A DNA stretch of 64,000 nt from Deltaproteobacteria bacterium (GTDB lineage Bacteria; SAR324; NAC60-12): contig JAYOTF010000011.1 of assembly GCA_038150265.1 (NCBI GenBank), forward strand, positions 11,130 through 75,129, written 5' to 3'. The translations under genes were made by a program, and so were the position numbers. Each line of letters begins with the position of its first letter. The stretch's first letter is position 1. The notes under the pieces were generated by a model. The model worked only from the letters and a program-made list of their open reading frames with translations, was not told the origin of the DNA and ran no database searches. Shown here piece by piece: positions 1-9,813 of the stretch.

Positions 1-1394
1 GTGTCGGTAAACGCATCGTTGTTCCCCAGGTAAAACAGGTGCGTGGTGCGGCCCCTAGAGCCTTCCCGAGAAGCTCCTATATCCAGGTCAGCATCGTTCG
101 CCTCTTCCAGTGACACCAGGGGAGGATCTTGGGTCTGGCAATCGTTGTAAGGCAGGCACCCCGTCAGGTTGTCCTTGACGTGCCAAATCGCCGTTCCGCC
201 CAGATACGAAGAGCCGACCCCATTCTCACTGCTTCCGTCCAGCAGAATGCCAAGCCCGCGGTCGTAGCCTCCGGAGCTGCGGTTTTCCAGCAGAAAGTAT
301 TCATCTGAATTGGTTGTGGGAATCTTGTAGATGCCACAGGACGCATAAGCGGCGGGAAGCGTCGGGTTACTGGTTCCGGAAGGTACGGTTTGAGGAGAGC
401 AGACCCCCACCTGCTCCTTGGACCATGCCGAAAGGTGGACCGGTGTGGCGCCAGGTAAGTCCGTTGCGCTTTTTTGTCCCCAACTTCCGGCTCCCATCAA
501 CCCAAAATTGCCGATGCCTTCACAAACGCCACTGGTGCAGTAGAGGTCGGGATACCCGAAAAGCGCGTGCCCCAGTTCATGGGCAATGATGCCAATGGTG
601 GCATTGTAGGTCTCGCTGTCGCTGAACCCCTGGCGTTCTCCAAACTGCGAAAACCCGTTTTGAGCAGGAAGATCCGAGGCACCGGGATAGGCCTGAGCCG
701 GCCCCAACAGACGCACCTGGTCCAGGTACACGCCCCACTCGTTGGCCTCCGGATCTGAGTTGATGAATCCGTCGCCATCCTGGTCGCAGCTCATGCCGGT
801 TGCCATGCCCCATACGCCTCCGCCCGGCGTGCTGATGCCGGCTGCGCTTTCCCCCCCGGCCACAATGAACATGACCTGCAGTTCCTCAACTTCCAGGGCG
901 CCGCTTCCGTCTGAGTCGAAGCGTTGGAAGTCGACGGCCTCATCTGCCAGCTGAATGGCCCGGAAGGCGTAGTAGCTCCAGTCCAAATCCCCGGTATCCG
1001 GGTGATCAATGCGGTCAGTGACCGTCACCACGCCGTTATTGAGGAGGCCGCTGGACTCCGGTGCCGGGGAAAACTGAAGCTTGCCGTAGGTGGTTTCAGC
1101 AAAATACGAATTGAGCTGCCCTTCGGCTGTTCCAAAGATTTTGTCGGCCCAGACGGATTCATTATCCGTAAATTCCGCATTGGCGTACTGCACCCGGACG
1201 AGCAGCAACGGAATGGTCTTGGCCTCGCCACTCAGGTCCACCATGTCCGGCGGCGCTCCTCCGTAACACATGGGGGCGTCAACCGTTTCACCGGAGCCTC
1301 CACTGGAGCTGGTGCTGGAGCTGGTGCTGCACGCCGTTAACCACGTGGCCAGCCCCAGCAGCAGGCTGAAGAGGAGGAGGGGGATTGGTCTCAT
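1..1394 (-). CDS. M6 (immune inhibitor A-like) family zinc metalloprotease, predicted lipoprotein; 3' end lies beyond the left edge of the window
   Basis: Missing from the ORF track because it runs off the edge. Hand translation from ATG 1394 gives MRPIPLLLFSLLLGLATWLTAC (lipobox), an S/T/G linker, HELGHALFGYPDLY (HExxH at 567-581), GLMGAGSWG, HLSAWSK and EYFLLENR..GYDRGL..WHV, with no stop before base 1. Confidence 0.85.
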   Translation of the reverse strand, partial: MRPIPLLLFSLLLGLATWLTACSTSSSTSSSGGSGETVDAPMCYGGAPPDMVDLSGEAKTIPLLLVRVQYANAEFTDNESVWADKIFGTAEGQLNSYFAETTYGKLQFSPAPESSGLLNNGVVTVTDRIDHPDTGDLDWSYYAFRAIQLADEAVDFQRFDSDGSGALEVEELQVMFIVAGGESAAGISTPGGGVWGMATGMSCDQDGDGFINSDPEANEWGVYLDQVRLLGPAQAYPGASDLPAQNGFSQFGERQGFSDSETYNATIGIIAHELGHALFGYPDLYCTSGVCEGIGNFGLMGAGSWGQKSATDLPGATPVHLSAWSKEQVGVCSPQTVPSGTSNPTLPAAYASCGIYKIPTTNSDEYFLLENRSSGGYDRGLGILLDGSSENGVGSSYLGGTAIWHVKDNLTGCLPYNDCQTQDPPLVSLEEANDADLDIGASREGSRGRTTHLFYLGNNDAFTD

Positions 1395-1401
1395 CAGGGA
1401 C

Positions 1402-2475
1402 TCAGGCGACCTGCTGAACCCAACCAAAGGGGTCGGGCTCCTGGCCATACTGGATCGCCGTGAGGTGCTGGAAGAAGCGTTGGGCCACTGGTCCGGTCTC
1501 CCCACCGCCGACGATGTAATTCTCGTCCCGGTAGTTGAGCAGGCCGACAGGAGAGATGACCGCAGCGGTTCCGGAGCCAAACACCTCAGTGACAGAACCA
1601 TCCTGAATGCCCTTGACGACTTCATCAATGGCAATGCGACGTTCCACCACCTTCAGGCCCCAGTGGCGGGCCAGCTCCAGCACCGACATCCGGGTGATGC
1701 CCGGCAGGATCGTGCCGGTTAGCTGCGGCGTGTGCAGTTCACCGTTGAAGACGAAGAACAGGTTCATGGAGCCCACCTCCTCGACGTAGCGGCGTTCCAC
1801 CGCATCCAGCCAGAGCACCTGGGTGAACCCAGCAGCCTTGGCTTCCTTCTCAGCAAGGTTGCTCGCGGCGTAGTTTCCTGCCGTCTTGGCTTCCCCCACG
1901 CCTCCGGGAGCGGCGCGGACGTACTTTTCGGAGACGGTGATCTTGACCGGATTGAAGCCCTCGGCGTAGTACGGCCCAACGGGACAGGTGATGATGAAGA
2001 AGAGGTACTTCGAGGAAACCTTCAGGCCGAGAAACGGCTCCGTGGCAATCAGCGTCGGACGGATGTAAAGCGACGTCCCCGGCTCCTGCGGGATCCAGTT
2101 CCGGTCGGTCCGCAGCAGCTCCTCCAGGGCTCCCATCGTGAAGTCAATGTCGAGCTCCGGAAGGCACATCCGCTTTGCGGTCCGGTTCATGCGCTCAAAG
2201 TTCTGGCGCGGTCGAAACAGCAGGGTCTCCCCCTGAGCCCCCTGGTAGGCCTTGAGGCCTTCAAAGGCTTCCTGACCGTAGTGGAGGACCAACGTGGAGG
2301 GGCTCAGGCTCAGAGGGCCAAAGGGCTTGATCTCCGCGTTGTGCCACCCCTTCCCCGTCTCCCACTCCATCACGAACATGTGGTCCGTAAATACCGTCCC
2401 AAACACCACTCCACTCATGGTTGCAGGCGGGCTTTTACGCTGTTCGTGCGGGAGCACAGACTTCAGGAGTTCCAT
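1402..2475 (-). CDS. ilvE: branched-chain amino acid aminotransferase
   Basis: FTDHM, LHYGQEAFEGLKAY, YIRP, AKTAGNYA (PLP lysine), EEVGSMN, ILPGITR, GTAAVISPV. Confidence 0.95.
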   Translation of the reverse strand: MELLKSVLPHEQRKSPPATMSGVVFGTVFTDHMFVMEWETGKGWHNAEIKPFGPLSLSPSTLVLHYGQEAFEGLKAYQGAQGETLLFRPRQNFERMNRTAKRMCLPELDIDFTMGALEELLRTDRNWIPQEPGTSLYIRPTLIATEPFLGLKVSSKYLFFIITCPVGPYYAEGFNPVKITVSEKYVRAAPGGVGEAKTAGNYAASNLAEKEAKAAGFTQVLWLDAVERRYVEEVGSMNLFFVFNGELHTPQLTGTILPGITRMSVLELARHWGLKVVERRIAIDEVVKGIQDGSVTEVFGSGTAAVISPVGLLNYRDENYIVGGGETGPVAQRFFQHLTAIQYGQEPDPFGWVQQVA

Positions 2476-2497
2476 GGAGTTCCTTCCAACAGAGGGG

Positions 2498-2647
2498 TTA
2501 ACGCTGATTGAGATGGTTCATTTGACGGACAGCCAGGTGCTCCCGGACGGTCTCATAGTTCCAGACGAGGTACCCCAACAGGGCCCCCGAAATTCCCAGG
2601 ATGACCAAGGCCGAAAGCCAGACGATCCGATTCTTGAGCTGTAGCAT
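2498..2647 (-). CDS. small (49 aa) single-pass membrane protein
   Basis: Hand translation MLQLKNRIVWLSALVILGISGALLGYLVWNYETVREHLAVRQMNHLNQR*. It fills the gap upstream of ilvE, has one clear TM helix, and follows a TTGACT-N18-GATAAT promoter-like sequence. It is shorter than any ORF in the track. Confidence 0.55.
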   Translation of the reverse strand: MLQLKNRIVWLSALVILGISGALLGYLVWNYETVREHLAVRQMNHLNQR

Positions 2648-2731
2648 GGGAATGGCCAGAGCGAGGTTTGGATCTGCTCAGATTATCAGAAACCTGGCTT
2701 TGACAAGTCAAGCCGCGAGTAGAGGCGGGGC

Positions 2732-2824
2732 AGGGCATCAGGGGAGTGGGAGACGGGGATTCCGGAAAATGGGACACGCACCGCACTCCCCCCAGAATGA
2801 CGGTGCATGCCCCCCTGATGCCCT
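2732..2824. repeat. nested inverted-repeat element, CGTC-tagged REP-like
   Basis: The outer 13-bp IR AGGGCATCAGGGG (2732-2744) / CCCCTGATGCCCT (2812-2824) encloses GGATTCCGG (2757-2765) ... CCAGAATGACGG (2792-2803). Confidence 0.5.
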
Positions 2825-2837
2825 TCAGAGCCTGAGC

Positions 2838-5684
2838 TCAGTCATGATCAGGCATCAGGTAATAGGCTTCTTCCACCGGCTTGAGCGGACGCTTGAACCA
2901 CAGGGGCCGTCTCAGGTTGTCTGGACCGGGAGCCGGGCGGGTCAGGTCGACCCACTTGCGGTAGACCTCCATGGACTTGTTGGTGTCCACAAACACGTCG
3001 CCATAGGCATCGCCTGGCTGCGCCTTCTCGATCCGGACCTTCTGGTGCCAGCAGTGCATGCCGCTGATGGGGTCCGGATGCACGGGGAAGGTGATGTTCT
3101 GATGCACCCCCCCATCTTCCCAGAAGATCCGCTGAGTATCCGGATCCTCGGTCTTGGAAGGCTGCACCCCTTCCTGAAAGCGCATCTTCCACTGGCCACC
3201 ACCGAGTTCTTCGATGTTGGCCAGGTTGGTGCCCCAGCGGTTGCCCTCCGGATCCTGACTCCGTCGCCAGCGTCCGAGGTGGTGGGAGCAGGCAATCACC
3301 CCCGGACGGATCGCCTCGGTCGCCCACAACCGGACCACAAAGAAGCCGATCTCGGTATTGACCCGGACCAGATCCCCCGTCTTCAGGTCAAGGCGCTGTG
3401 CATCCGAGGTGTGCATCCAGAGGGGGTTGCGGTTCGAGATCTCCATCAGCCACTTGGCATTGGCTGACCGTGAGTGGATCAACGTGGGCAGCCGGTAGGT
3501 GGGAACCAGGGGGAAGTCCCCGGCGGCTCGATCCATTTGCGACTCATGAATGTGGCTCTGGATGTAGCCTGGAAGGGTGTACTCCGGCCACTTCCAGTCC
3601 TTCATCGTCTTGGAGAAGATCTCCAGCTTGCGGGTGGGCGTGGGGAAGCCGGTGCGGCCCGAGCCTTCTGCCTCCACCCCAACGACTTTTCCATCCTGCC
3701 AGACCACTCCGTTCACCGGATTCCCCTCAACCGGCTTGCGGTACAGCTCATACAGCTCCTTGCTCACCTCATAGGCGCCGTGACGCTGCATGTACTCGAG
3801 AGCCGTCAGCCCTTCCTTCTCTGCGGCTTCCGGAAGCCCCGGGACTTCCTCGAAGATGTAGCGGTAGTACTCGTCAATGGTCATCTTCTCGCCCGGACGG
3901 TAGGGAGACTCGAAGTACTTGCGGATGCCGAGGGAGCCATCCGGATCGACCCGCCAGGAGAGTTCCATCCAGAACTCGTCTTCCTCCCACACCTCGCCGG
4001 GGTTGGCTTCATACGTAAACTGAACGGGCTTGCCCTGGCGACGCTGGTACTCCCGGAGGACGGGCTGCCGGAACCCGACCCACAGGCCGGAGTGCGTCTC
4101 GTAGCTGACCACGTCATGGCGCTCCGGAGAGTGTCCCATTGGCAGCACGTAGTCGGCAAAAAACGCGGTTTCGTTCCAGGTGGGCGTCAACGCGGCATGC
4201 AGCCCAATCATCGACTCATCCCGCAGCGCCTCAATCCAGGTAAAGCCATCCGGATACGTCCAGACCGGATTGAAGACCCGGGTGAAGTACACCGACATCT
4301 TGCCCCGTCCCTCCTTGAGGAAGTGCGGGAGCAGGAAGCTCATTTCGTAGTGACACAGGGGCCACTCCTGCGGAAAGTGCAGCTCGTTCCACACCTTGTG
4401 AGGCGGAGCCGGGTTGGGCACATGCGGATGGAACTTGCCCCAGGAGTTGGGGAGGGTGCCCCCCTTGGTGCCAACGCTTCCGGTGAGAACATTGAGGAAG
4501 TTGAGGCAGCGAGCGACCTGCCAGCCTCCCAGGTTGCCAACAGCCGCGCTGCGCCAGACGTGAGCCGAGAAGCGAGGGCCGGCGTTGCCGATGCGACGCG
4601 CCACCTCAATGACGTTGGCCGCCGGTACGCCCGACTCCTGCTCAGCAAATTCCGGGGTGTAGGACGCGTAATGCTCCTTGAGCTTCTCAACAAACACCTC
4701 AAACTCGTGCGGCTCATCCGGATGATCAGCCGCCATCCAGTCCTGCCAGTTGACCCACTCCCGCAGGAACGACTCGTTGTAGAGGCCTTCGTCCAGAATG
4801 ACCTTCGCCATGGCCAGCAGCACCGCCGGCTCGGTTCCGGGAGACGTCGGAAGCCAGTAGTCAGCCCGGCTTGCCGTGTTGGAGAGCCGAATGTCCATCA
4901 CCCCCACCTTGGCGCCGTTGTTCTTGGCCTCAATGATGCGCTGGGCGTGTGGATTGAAGTAGTGGCCGGCTTCCAGGTGGGAGCTGATGAGGAGGATGAA
5001 CTCTGCATTCGCATAGTCCGGAGACGGACGATCGGCTCCCCCCCAGAGCATGTACCCCAACCGGGCCGCTCCGGAGCAGATGTTGGTGTGGCTGTTGTGG
5101 CCATCGACCCCCCACGCGTTGAGGACGCGCTCAATGTATCCCTCGTGTCCTGGACGCCCGACGTGGTACACGACTTCATCGCGTTTTTCCGCCAAGAGGG
5201 CTTCCCGGATGCGCCCGGCGATGTCGTCCAGCACCGAGTCCCAGCTGACGCGTTCCCACTGTCCAGACCCGCGCTCCCCCTTGCGTTTCATGGGGTACAG
5301 CACCCGGTCCGGATCCTCCAGCTGGTTGATCGTCGCCGGCCCCTTCGCACAGTTGCGGCCTCGGCTTCCGGGGTGGTGCGGATTTCCTTCCAGCTTGCGC
5401 ACCTCGCCGGTGCGCTTGTCGATGTAGGCCAGCAGGCCACACCCGGCCTCGCAGTTGAAGCAAACGGTGGGGACCAGCGAGTACTCCTTCTTCTCCTTCC
5501 GGGCCCAGCCGGTGGCTTCATACTCGGTCCAGTGGTCCCACTTTTCATAAGGCGGGAAGTTCTTCAGGTCCGGGTCGTCTCCCGGAACCGCTTCCGGGCT
5601 GGGGTCCGCCGGCTTTTCCAGCTTCGGCAGCACGCCCATTTTTTCAGCGGTGGTTTCAATCCAAGACGGCTTAAACACAGGCAT
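2838..5684 (-). CDS. molybdopterin (bis-MGD) oxidoreductase catalytic subunit, Psr/Ttr/Arr-related, no Tat signal
   Basis: FS0 motif CFNCEAGC..NCAKG, RVLYPMKRKGERGSGQWERVSWD, HTNICS (probable Cys Mo ligand), ADYVLP, and a C-terminal dinucleotide-binding domain (LWMHTSDAQRLDLKTGDLVRV). Confidence 0.9.
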   Translation of the reverse strand: MPVFKPSWIETTAEKMGVLPKLEKPADPSPEAVPGDDPDLKNFPPYEKWDHWTEYEATGWARKEKKEYSLVPTVCFNCEAGCGLLAYIDKRTGEVRKLEGNPHHPGSRGRNCAKGPATINQLEDPDRVLYPMKRKGERGSGQWERVSWDSVLDDIAGRIREALLAEKRDEVVYHVGRPGHEGYIERVLNAWGVDGHNSHTNICSGAARLGYMLWGGADRPSPDYANAEFILLISSHLEAGHYFNPHAQRIIEAKNNGAKVGVMDIRLSNTASRADYWLPTSPGTEPAVLLAMAKVILDEGLYNESFLREWVNWQDWMAADHPDEPHEFEVFVEKLKEHYASYTPEFAEQESGVPAANVIEVARRIGNAGPRFSAHVWRSAAVGNLGGWQVARCLNFLNVLTGSVGTKGGTLPNSWGKFHPHVPNPAPPHKVWNELHFPQEWPLCHYEMSFLLPHFLKEGRGKMSVYFTRVFNPVWTYPDGFTWIEALRDESMIGLHAALTPTWNETAFFADYVLPMGHSPERHDVVSYETHSGLWVGFRQPVLREYQRRQGKPVQFTYEANPGEVWEEDEFWMELSWRVDPDGSLGIRKYFESPYRPGEKMTIDEYYRYIFEEVPGLPEAAEKEGLTALEYMQRHGAYEVSKELYELYRKPVEGNPVNGVVWQDGKVVGVEAEGSGRTGFPTPTRKLEIFSKTMKDWKWPEYTLPGYIQSHIHESQMDRAAGDFPLVPTYRLPTLIHSRSANAKWLMEISNRNPLWMHTSDAQRLDLKTGDLVRVNTEIGFFVVRLWATEAIRPGVIACSHHLGRWRRSQDPEGNRWGTNLANIEELGGGQWKMRFQEGVQPSKTEDPDTQRIFWEDGGVHQNITFPVHPDPISGMHCWHQKVRIEKAQPGDAYGDVFVDTNKSMEVYRKWVDLTRPAPGPDNLRRPLWFKRPLKPVEEAYYLMPDHD

Positions 5685-5687
5685 GAT

Positions 5688-7292
5688 TCAGCTCAACGGA
5701 AGCAGTTGAGGCACCTGGACCCACAGTCGGACCAGATGCCAGAGACCAAAGAGGGAAAGCAGGGCGGCGGCCAGCAGCACCAGCGGCTCAAACGAGGCCA
5801 CCAGCAGCGCCAGTGGCAGCACAGAACCGAGCCCAACGCCATATTGCCAGAAGGCCTGGCGGTAGGGGCCCTTGGTGATGAGGTGCAGCGCCCGGTGCGA
5901 ATCTTCGGTGGGGTGCTCAGAGTACACTTCAGCGGCCAGCACCACGAGTTGCAGCACCAGTCCCGCCAGCAGGGTGTAGGTCATGGGCTCCTGATACGCC
6001 TGCAGCGTTCCGGAGACCAACGAGAGGCACAGCCAGACTGCAGGCCCGGCAATGAGTGCATGGAGGAACATGTGCAGGGCCATCAGCGGGCTCTGCCACA
6101 GGTCCCGCCCCTTTGCCTGCCCAAAGAGGAACGCGGTGTAGATCGCCGTCATGGCCCCCAGCACAATCAGCAGCACGCCTGCCGCATTGGCGAGCCACGA
6201 GGCGCCGATCCAGTCCAGGAGCAGCCACGCCGTCAGCAAGCCCCCGTACGCCGTGATGATGTAGGCGCCCTTGACCAGCCACGAGGTCGGGTTCGGACGC
6301 AGCAGCACATACAGGAAGCGGGTGGGCTGGTCGAGGTCCTTGACCAGCAAGGCTCCGGTGGCTCCCAGGAAGACCAGGGCCAGCAGCACTGACGCCCAAA
6401 GCGGCTCCGTGGCCGCCTGATCTCCCAACAGGTACGCAAGGAACGACACCATCACCACACCCGCCGACACGGCCTTGGTGAGGATGTACGCGGCCACTTC
6501 CCAGCCCCACATCACCCCCTTTGCCGGAGCATCGTACACGCGGCGCGCACTGGAAGCCCGGGTGGTCGGCTGGTTGTGGGTCTCAATGTGGTTCCGGATG
6601 GAATCCAGCGCGGCAGAGGCTTCTCCCATCACCTTGGCAAACTTCTCATCTCGCGAATCGGTCGCAGTGGCATGGTGCCCCACGCCTCGGGACTGCGAAC
6701 TCCACATGTAGGCGTTGTCCTGAGCAGCCATTCCGGGGGTCAGGGAGGCTTCGTCGCCTTCGATGTAGAAGAGCTTCGGACGGGTGCCCTTCTCTGGCTT
6801 CCGGACGGTCACCTGCTGGCGTGAAACCAGCTGCGAAATCTTCGACTGCGGGTTGTCCAGGTCTCCGGAGATGATCGCCTGTGTGGGGCAAACGTTCACA
6901 CAAGCCGGCTCCAGGTTCATCTCCACCCGGTGTGCGCAGTAGTTGCACTTTGCGGCGGTGTGCGTCTCGGGGTCAATGTAGATTGCATCATACGGACACG
7001 CCTGCATGCACGCCTTGCAGGCAATGCAGCGGCGGTTGTCAAAGTCCACAATGCCATCTGCGCGCACATGCAGCGCCTGCGTGGGGCAAATCGTTGTGCA
7101 CGGTGAGTCCTCGCAGTGGTTGCACCGCATGACGGAAAACAGCCGGCGCGTATTCGGAAACACGCCCTTTTCAATGTACTTCACCCAGGTCCGGTTGACG
7201 CCAATGGGGACGTCATGCTCAGACTTGCAGGCAACGGTACAGGCGTGGCACCCAATACAGCGACGGTTGTCAATGACAAAGCCGTAGTTCAT
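5688..7292 (-). CDS. fused 4Fe-4S dicluster (PsrB/NrfC-like) and NrfD/PsrC-like membrane anchor
   Basis: Start moved to ATG 7292 (MNYGFVIDNRRCIGCHACTVAC). Four Cys-cluster motifs (CNHCEDSPCTTICP, CIACKACMQACP, KCNYC..PACVNVCP), then WGWEVAAY, DLDQPTRF, SWLVKGA and about 8 hydrophobic helices. Confidence 0.9.
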   Translation of the reverse strand: MNYGFVIDNRRCIGCHACTVACKSEHDVPIGVNRTWVKYIEKGVFPNTRRLFSVMRCNHCEDSPCTTICPTQALHVRADGIVDFDNRRCIACKACMQACPYDAIYIDPETHTAAKCNYCAHRVEMNLEPACVNVCPTQAIISGDLDNPQSKISQLVSRQQVTVRKPEKGTRPKLFYIEGDEASLTPGMAAQDNAYMWSSQSRGVGHHATATDSRDEKFAKVMGEASAALDSIRNHIETHNQPTTRASSARRVYDAPAKGVMWGWEVAAYILTKAVSAGVVMVSFLAYLLGDQAATEPLWASVLLALVFLGATGALLVKDLDQPTRFLYVLLRPNPTSWLVKGAYIITAYGGLLTAWLLLDWIGASWLANAAGVLLIVLGAMTAIYTAFLFGQAKGRDLWQSPLMALHMFLHALIAGPAVWLCLSLVSGTLQAYQEPMTYTLLAGLVLQLVVLAAEVYSEHPTEDSHRALHLITKGPYRQAFWQYGVGLGSVLPLALLVASFEPLVLLAAALLSLFGLWHLVRLWVQVPQLLPLS

Positions 7293-7657
7293 AGCAATCT
7301 CGTGATGAGCGAAGGGAACAGGTCCCCAGGTTAAGGCGCGGCCAAACAGATGAGACCCAACTTCACAATGCGGTTGGCGCATTCTTCCCCGAAAGTTGGA
7401 CCCGGAAATCCGAATGGATTTTGCCTCTGAAGTCAATACTAAAATCGCTTTAACCCTCACTTTTGAGAACCCTATTCTCGATTTTCTGAGGCACCCTTCC
7501 CCCTCAATTCCACATTCATGATAAATTTGTCTTCTGCCTCACCGGCATTATGGGTATAACCTAGCGTTACCGTCACGGCCTTGCCCTGCCTTCGCTTGGG
7601 GGAAAGGGAAAAGGCCCACGCGTTTCCAGCACTCCTTCAGGCCCACGACTGACGTTC

Positions 7658-8821
7658 ATGAAACCGTTCCCCCTCCTCCTCAATCTGCACGGGCGCCACT
7701 GTCTGCTGATCGGAGAGGCAGAGGCCCTGGCGCAGCAGGCCGCGTTGCTGCTGCAATCCGGCGCAACGGTTTCGCTGGCCACACAGGCCCCGGGCCCGGC
7801 TCTTCAAAGCCTGCTCCACCAGCAACACGTCACCGCCTACACGGGTCCGATGGACGCCCTCGACTTCCGGGAGTTTGCGCTCGTGCTGGCCTCCACCACC
7901 GACCCGGAGTTCAATCAGTGGCTGCGGGCTCAGAGCAGGCGAGCGGGTACCTGGGTGCACCTGTTGGAAGATCCGGAGCACTCGGACTTCCAGCTTCCTC
8001 CTCGTCCCACGGTTCCGGAAGCCCCTCCTGCAGCGCAGGCGCGTTCCGGCCGAGGACACGTGGTGCTGGTCGGAGCAGGCCCAGGCGATCCGGAGCTGCT
8101 GACCCTCCGGGCGATCCGGCACCTGCAGGCTGCCGAGGCCATCGTGTTCGACCGCCTGGTCTCGCGGGAGATCCTCGAGTTTGCCGCGCCCGGAACCGAG
8201 CTGGTTTATGCCGGCAAGAAGAAGGCTCACCACTTCATGCGGCAAGAAGAGATCAACCAGACTCTGGTCTCGCTTGCTCAGGCGGGCAAGCGCGTGGTGC
8301 GCCTGAAGGGGGGAGACCCGTTTATCTTTGGACGAGGCGGGGAGGAAATTGAAGCGCTGCTGGAAGCCAACCTGGACTTTGAGGTGGTGCCCGGCATCAC
8401 GGCCGCGTCCGGATGTGCCACCTATGCTGGCATTCCGCTCACCCACCGGGACCATGCTCAGTCCTGCACCTTTGTCACCGGACACTCCAAGAAGCCGGAC
8501 CTCGACATCCGCTGGGAATCGCTGGCCGACCCCCGGCAGACGGTGGTGTTTTACATGGGCCTGAGCAACCTCGAGCTGATCTGCGAGCGCCTCCTTGCTC
8601 ACGGACGGGCGCCCCAAACGCCTGCTGCAGCCATTCACAGCGGAACCACCTCTCATCAATCGCTGGTGCTGGGCACGCTGGCCACGCTCCCGGAGGTCAC
8701 CGAGGCGTCTGAATTCCGGCACCCGACCCTGATCATTGTCGGGGAGGTCGTTGCCCTTCATGAGCGCTTTCAGGCGCATCACACCTACCCCCTCGCCTTG
8801 AGTTCCACAAACACCACCTGA
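7658..8821 (+). CDS. cobA: uroporphyrinogen-III C-methyltransferase with a degenerate, shortened CysG N-terminal domain
   Basis: C-terminal SUMT motifs [46 protein letters not shown] and FYMG. The N-terminus [16 protein letters not shown] resembles the start of CysG. Confidence 0.85.
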   Translation: MKPFPLLLNLHGRHCLLIGEAEALAQQAALLLQSGATVSLATQAPGPALQSLLHQQHVTAYTGPMDALDFREFALVLASTTDPEFNQWLRAQSRRAGTWVHLLEDPEHSDFQLPPRPTVPEAPPAAQARSGRGHVVLVGAGPGDPELLTLRAIRHLQAAEAIVFDRLVSREILEFAAPGTELVYAGKKKAHHFMRQEEINQTLVSLAQAGKRVVRLKGGDPFIFGRGGEEIEALLEANLDFEVVPGITAASGCATYAGIPLTHRDHAQSCTFVTGHSKKPDLDIRWESLADPRQTVVFYMGLSNLELICERLLAHGRAPQTPAAAIHSGTTSHQSLVLGTLATLPEVTEASEFRHPTLIIVGEVVALHERFQAHHTYPLALSSTNTT

Positions 8822-8877
8822 ATGACGGTTGCTCCAACCGCCCCTTGTTTCCTGTTTCTTCCTTCCTGGTTTTCTTC

Positions 8878-9813
8878 ATGCACTTTCGTTCCCCTCACCC
8901 CTTGCTCCTGCTTGGAGTCCTGCTGCTTCCGCATACTGCCTGGGCAGTCCCCTCCTCAGCCTCAGCGACCTGGCCCGCCTGGGTCTGGCTCCTGCTGCTG
9001 CTGCTGACCGCCTTTGTGATTGGACTCTTCGGCGTCATGGCGGGCATTGGCGGTGGCGTCCTCTTTGTTCCGTTGGTGAGCAGCTTCTTCCCCTTTCATA
9101 TTGACTACGTCCGGGGCGCCGGGCTCTTCATTGCCCTGGGGAGTTCTCTCGCCGCCACGCCGTTCTTGCTGAGGCAGAACCTCGCCAGCCTCAAACTGGC
9201 CATGCCGGTGGCCCTGGTCGCCTCGGTCTTCTCCATTGTCGGAGCCCAGCTGGGCCTCTGGCTATCGGGGCTCGACCCGCGCTACGTTCAGGGGGCACTG
9301 GGCGTGACCATCATTGGCATTGGCGCCTTCATGCTGGGGGTCCCCCCCAACCGGCAGGAGAACCTTCCGGAACTCGACAGCCTGGCCAAACGGCTGGGGC
9401 TCTTTGGACACTACCGAGCCGACTCGGGTGAGCTGGCAGACTGGACGGTGTTCCGGACGGCAAAGGGGCTGGTGGGGTTCATTGTGGTGGGGCTCGTGGC
9501 AGGAATGTTCGGGTTGGGGGCTGGCTGGGCCAACGTCCCGCTGATCAACCTGGTGATGGGCGTTCCCCTGAAGGTGGCGGTTGCCACAAGCAACCTCTCC
9601 ATTTCCATCGCATCTCCCGCGGCCTGGGTGTACCTCAACCAGGGGGCGGTGCTTCCGGCCCTGGTGGCGCCCTCCATGCTGGGGGTCATGTCGGGCTCCC
9701 TGATTGGCTCCCGCCTGCTCCCATACGTCCCCACCTCGGTCATCCGGAAGATGGTGATCGGCGTTCTCTTTCTCTCAGGTTTTCGCTCCCTACTGAAAGG
9801 ATTCGGATGGTAA
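8878..9813 (+). CDS. sulfite exporter TauE/SafE family membrane protein
   Basis: Duplicated glycine motifs GVMAGIGGGVLFVP and AGMFGLGAGWANVP, VPLKVAVATS, about 8 TM helices. The start (ATG 8878) is uncertain. Confidence 0.85.
   Translation: MHFRSPHPLLLLGVLLLPHTAWAVPSSASATWPAWVWLLLLLLTAFVIGLFGVMAGIGGGVLFVPLVSSFFPFHIDYVRGAGLFIALGSSLAATPFLLRQNLASLKLAMPVALVASVFSIVGAQLGLWLSGLDPRYVQGALGVTIIGIGAFMLGVPPNRQENLPELDSLAKRLGLFGHYRADSGELADWTVFRTAKGLVGFIVVGLVAGMFGLGAGWANVPLINLVMGVPLKVAVATSNLSISIASPAAWVYLNQGAVLPALVAPSMLGVMSGSLIGSRLLPYVPTSVIRKMVIGVLFLSGFRSLLKGFGW

Noticed and set aside
2838..5684. Selenocysteine recoding or formate dehydrogenase identity for the molybdoenzyme
   Set aside because: No in-frame TGA, and the ligand region (HTNICS) lacks the FDH-type C/U-H motif.
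3474..6392. 972-aa plus-strand ORF
   Set aside because: Antisense shadow of the molybdoenzyme and NrfD genes. High GC at third codon positions suppresses stops, and it has no recognisable motifs.
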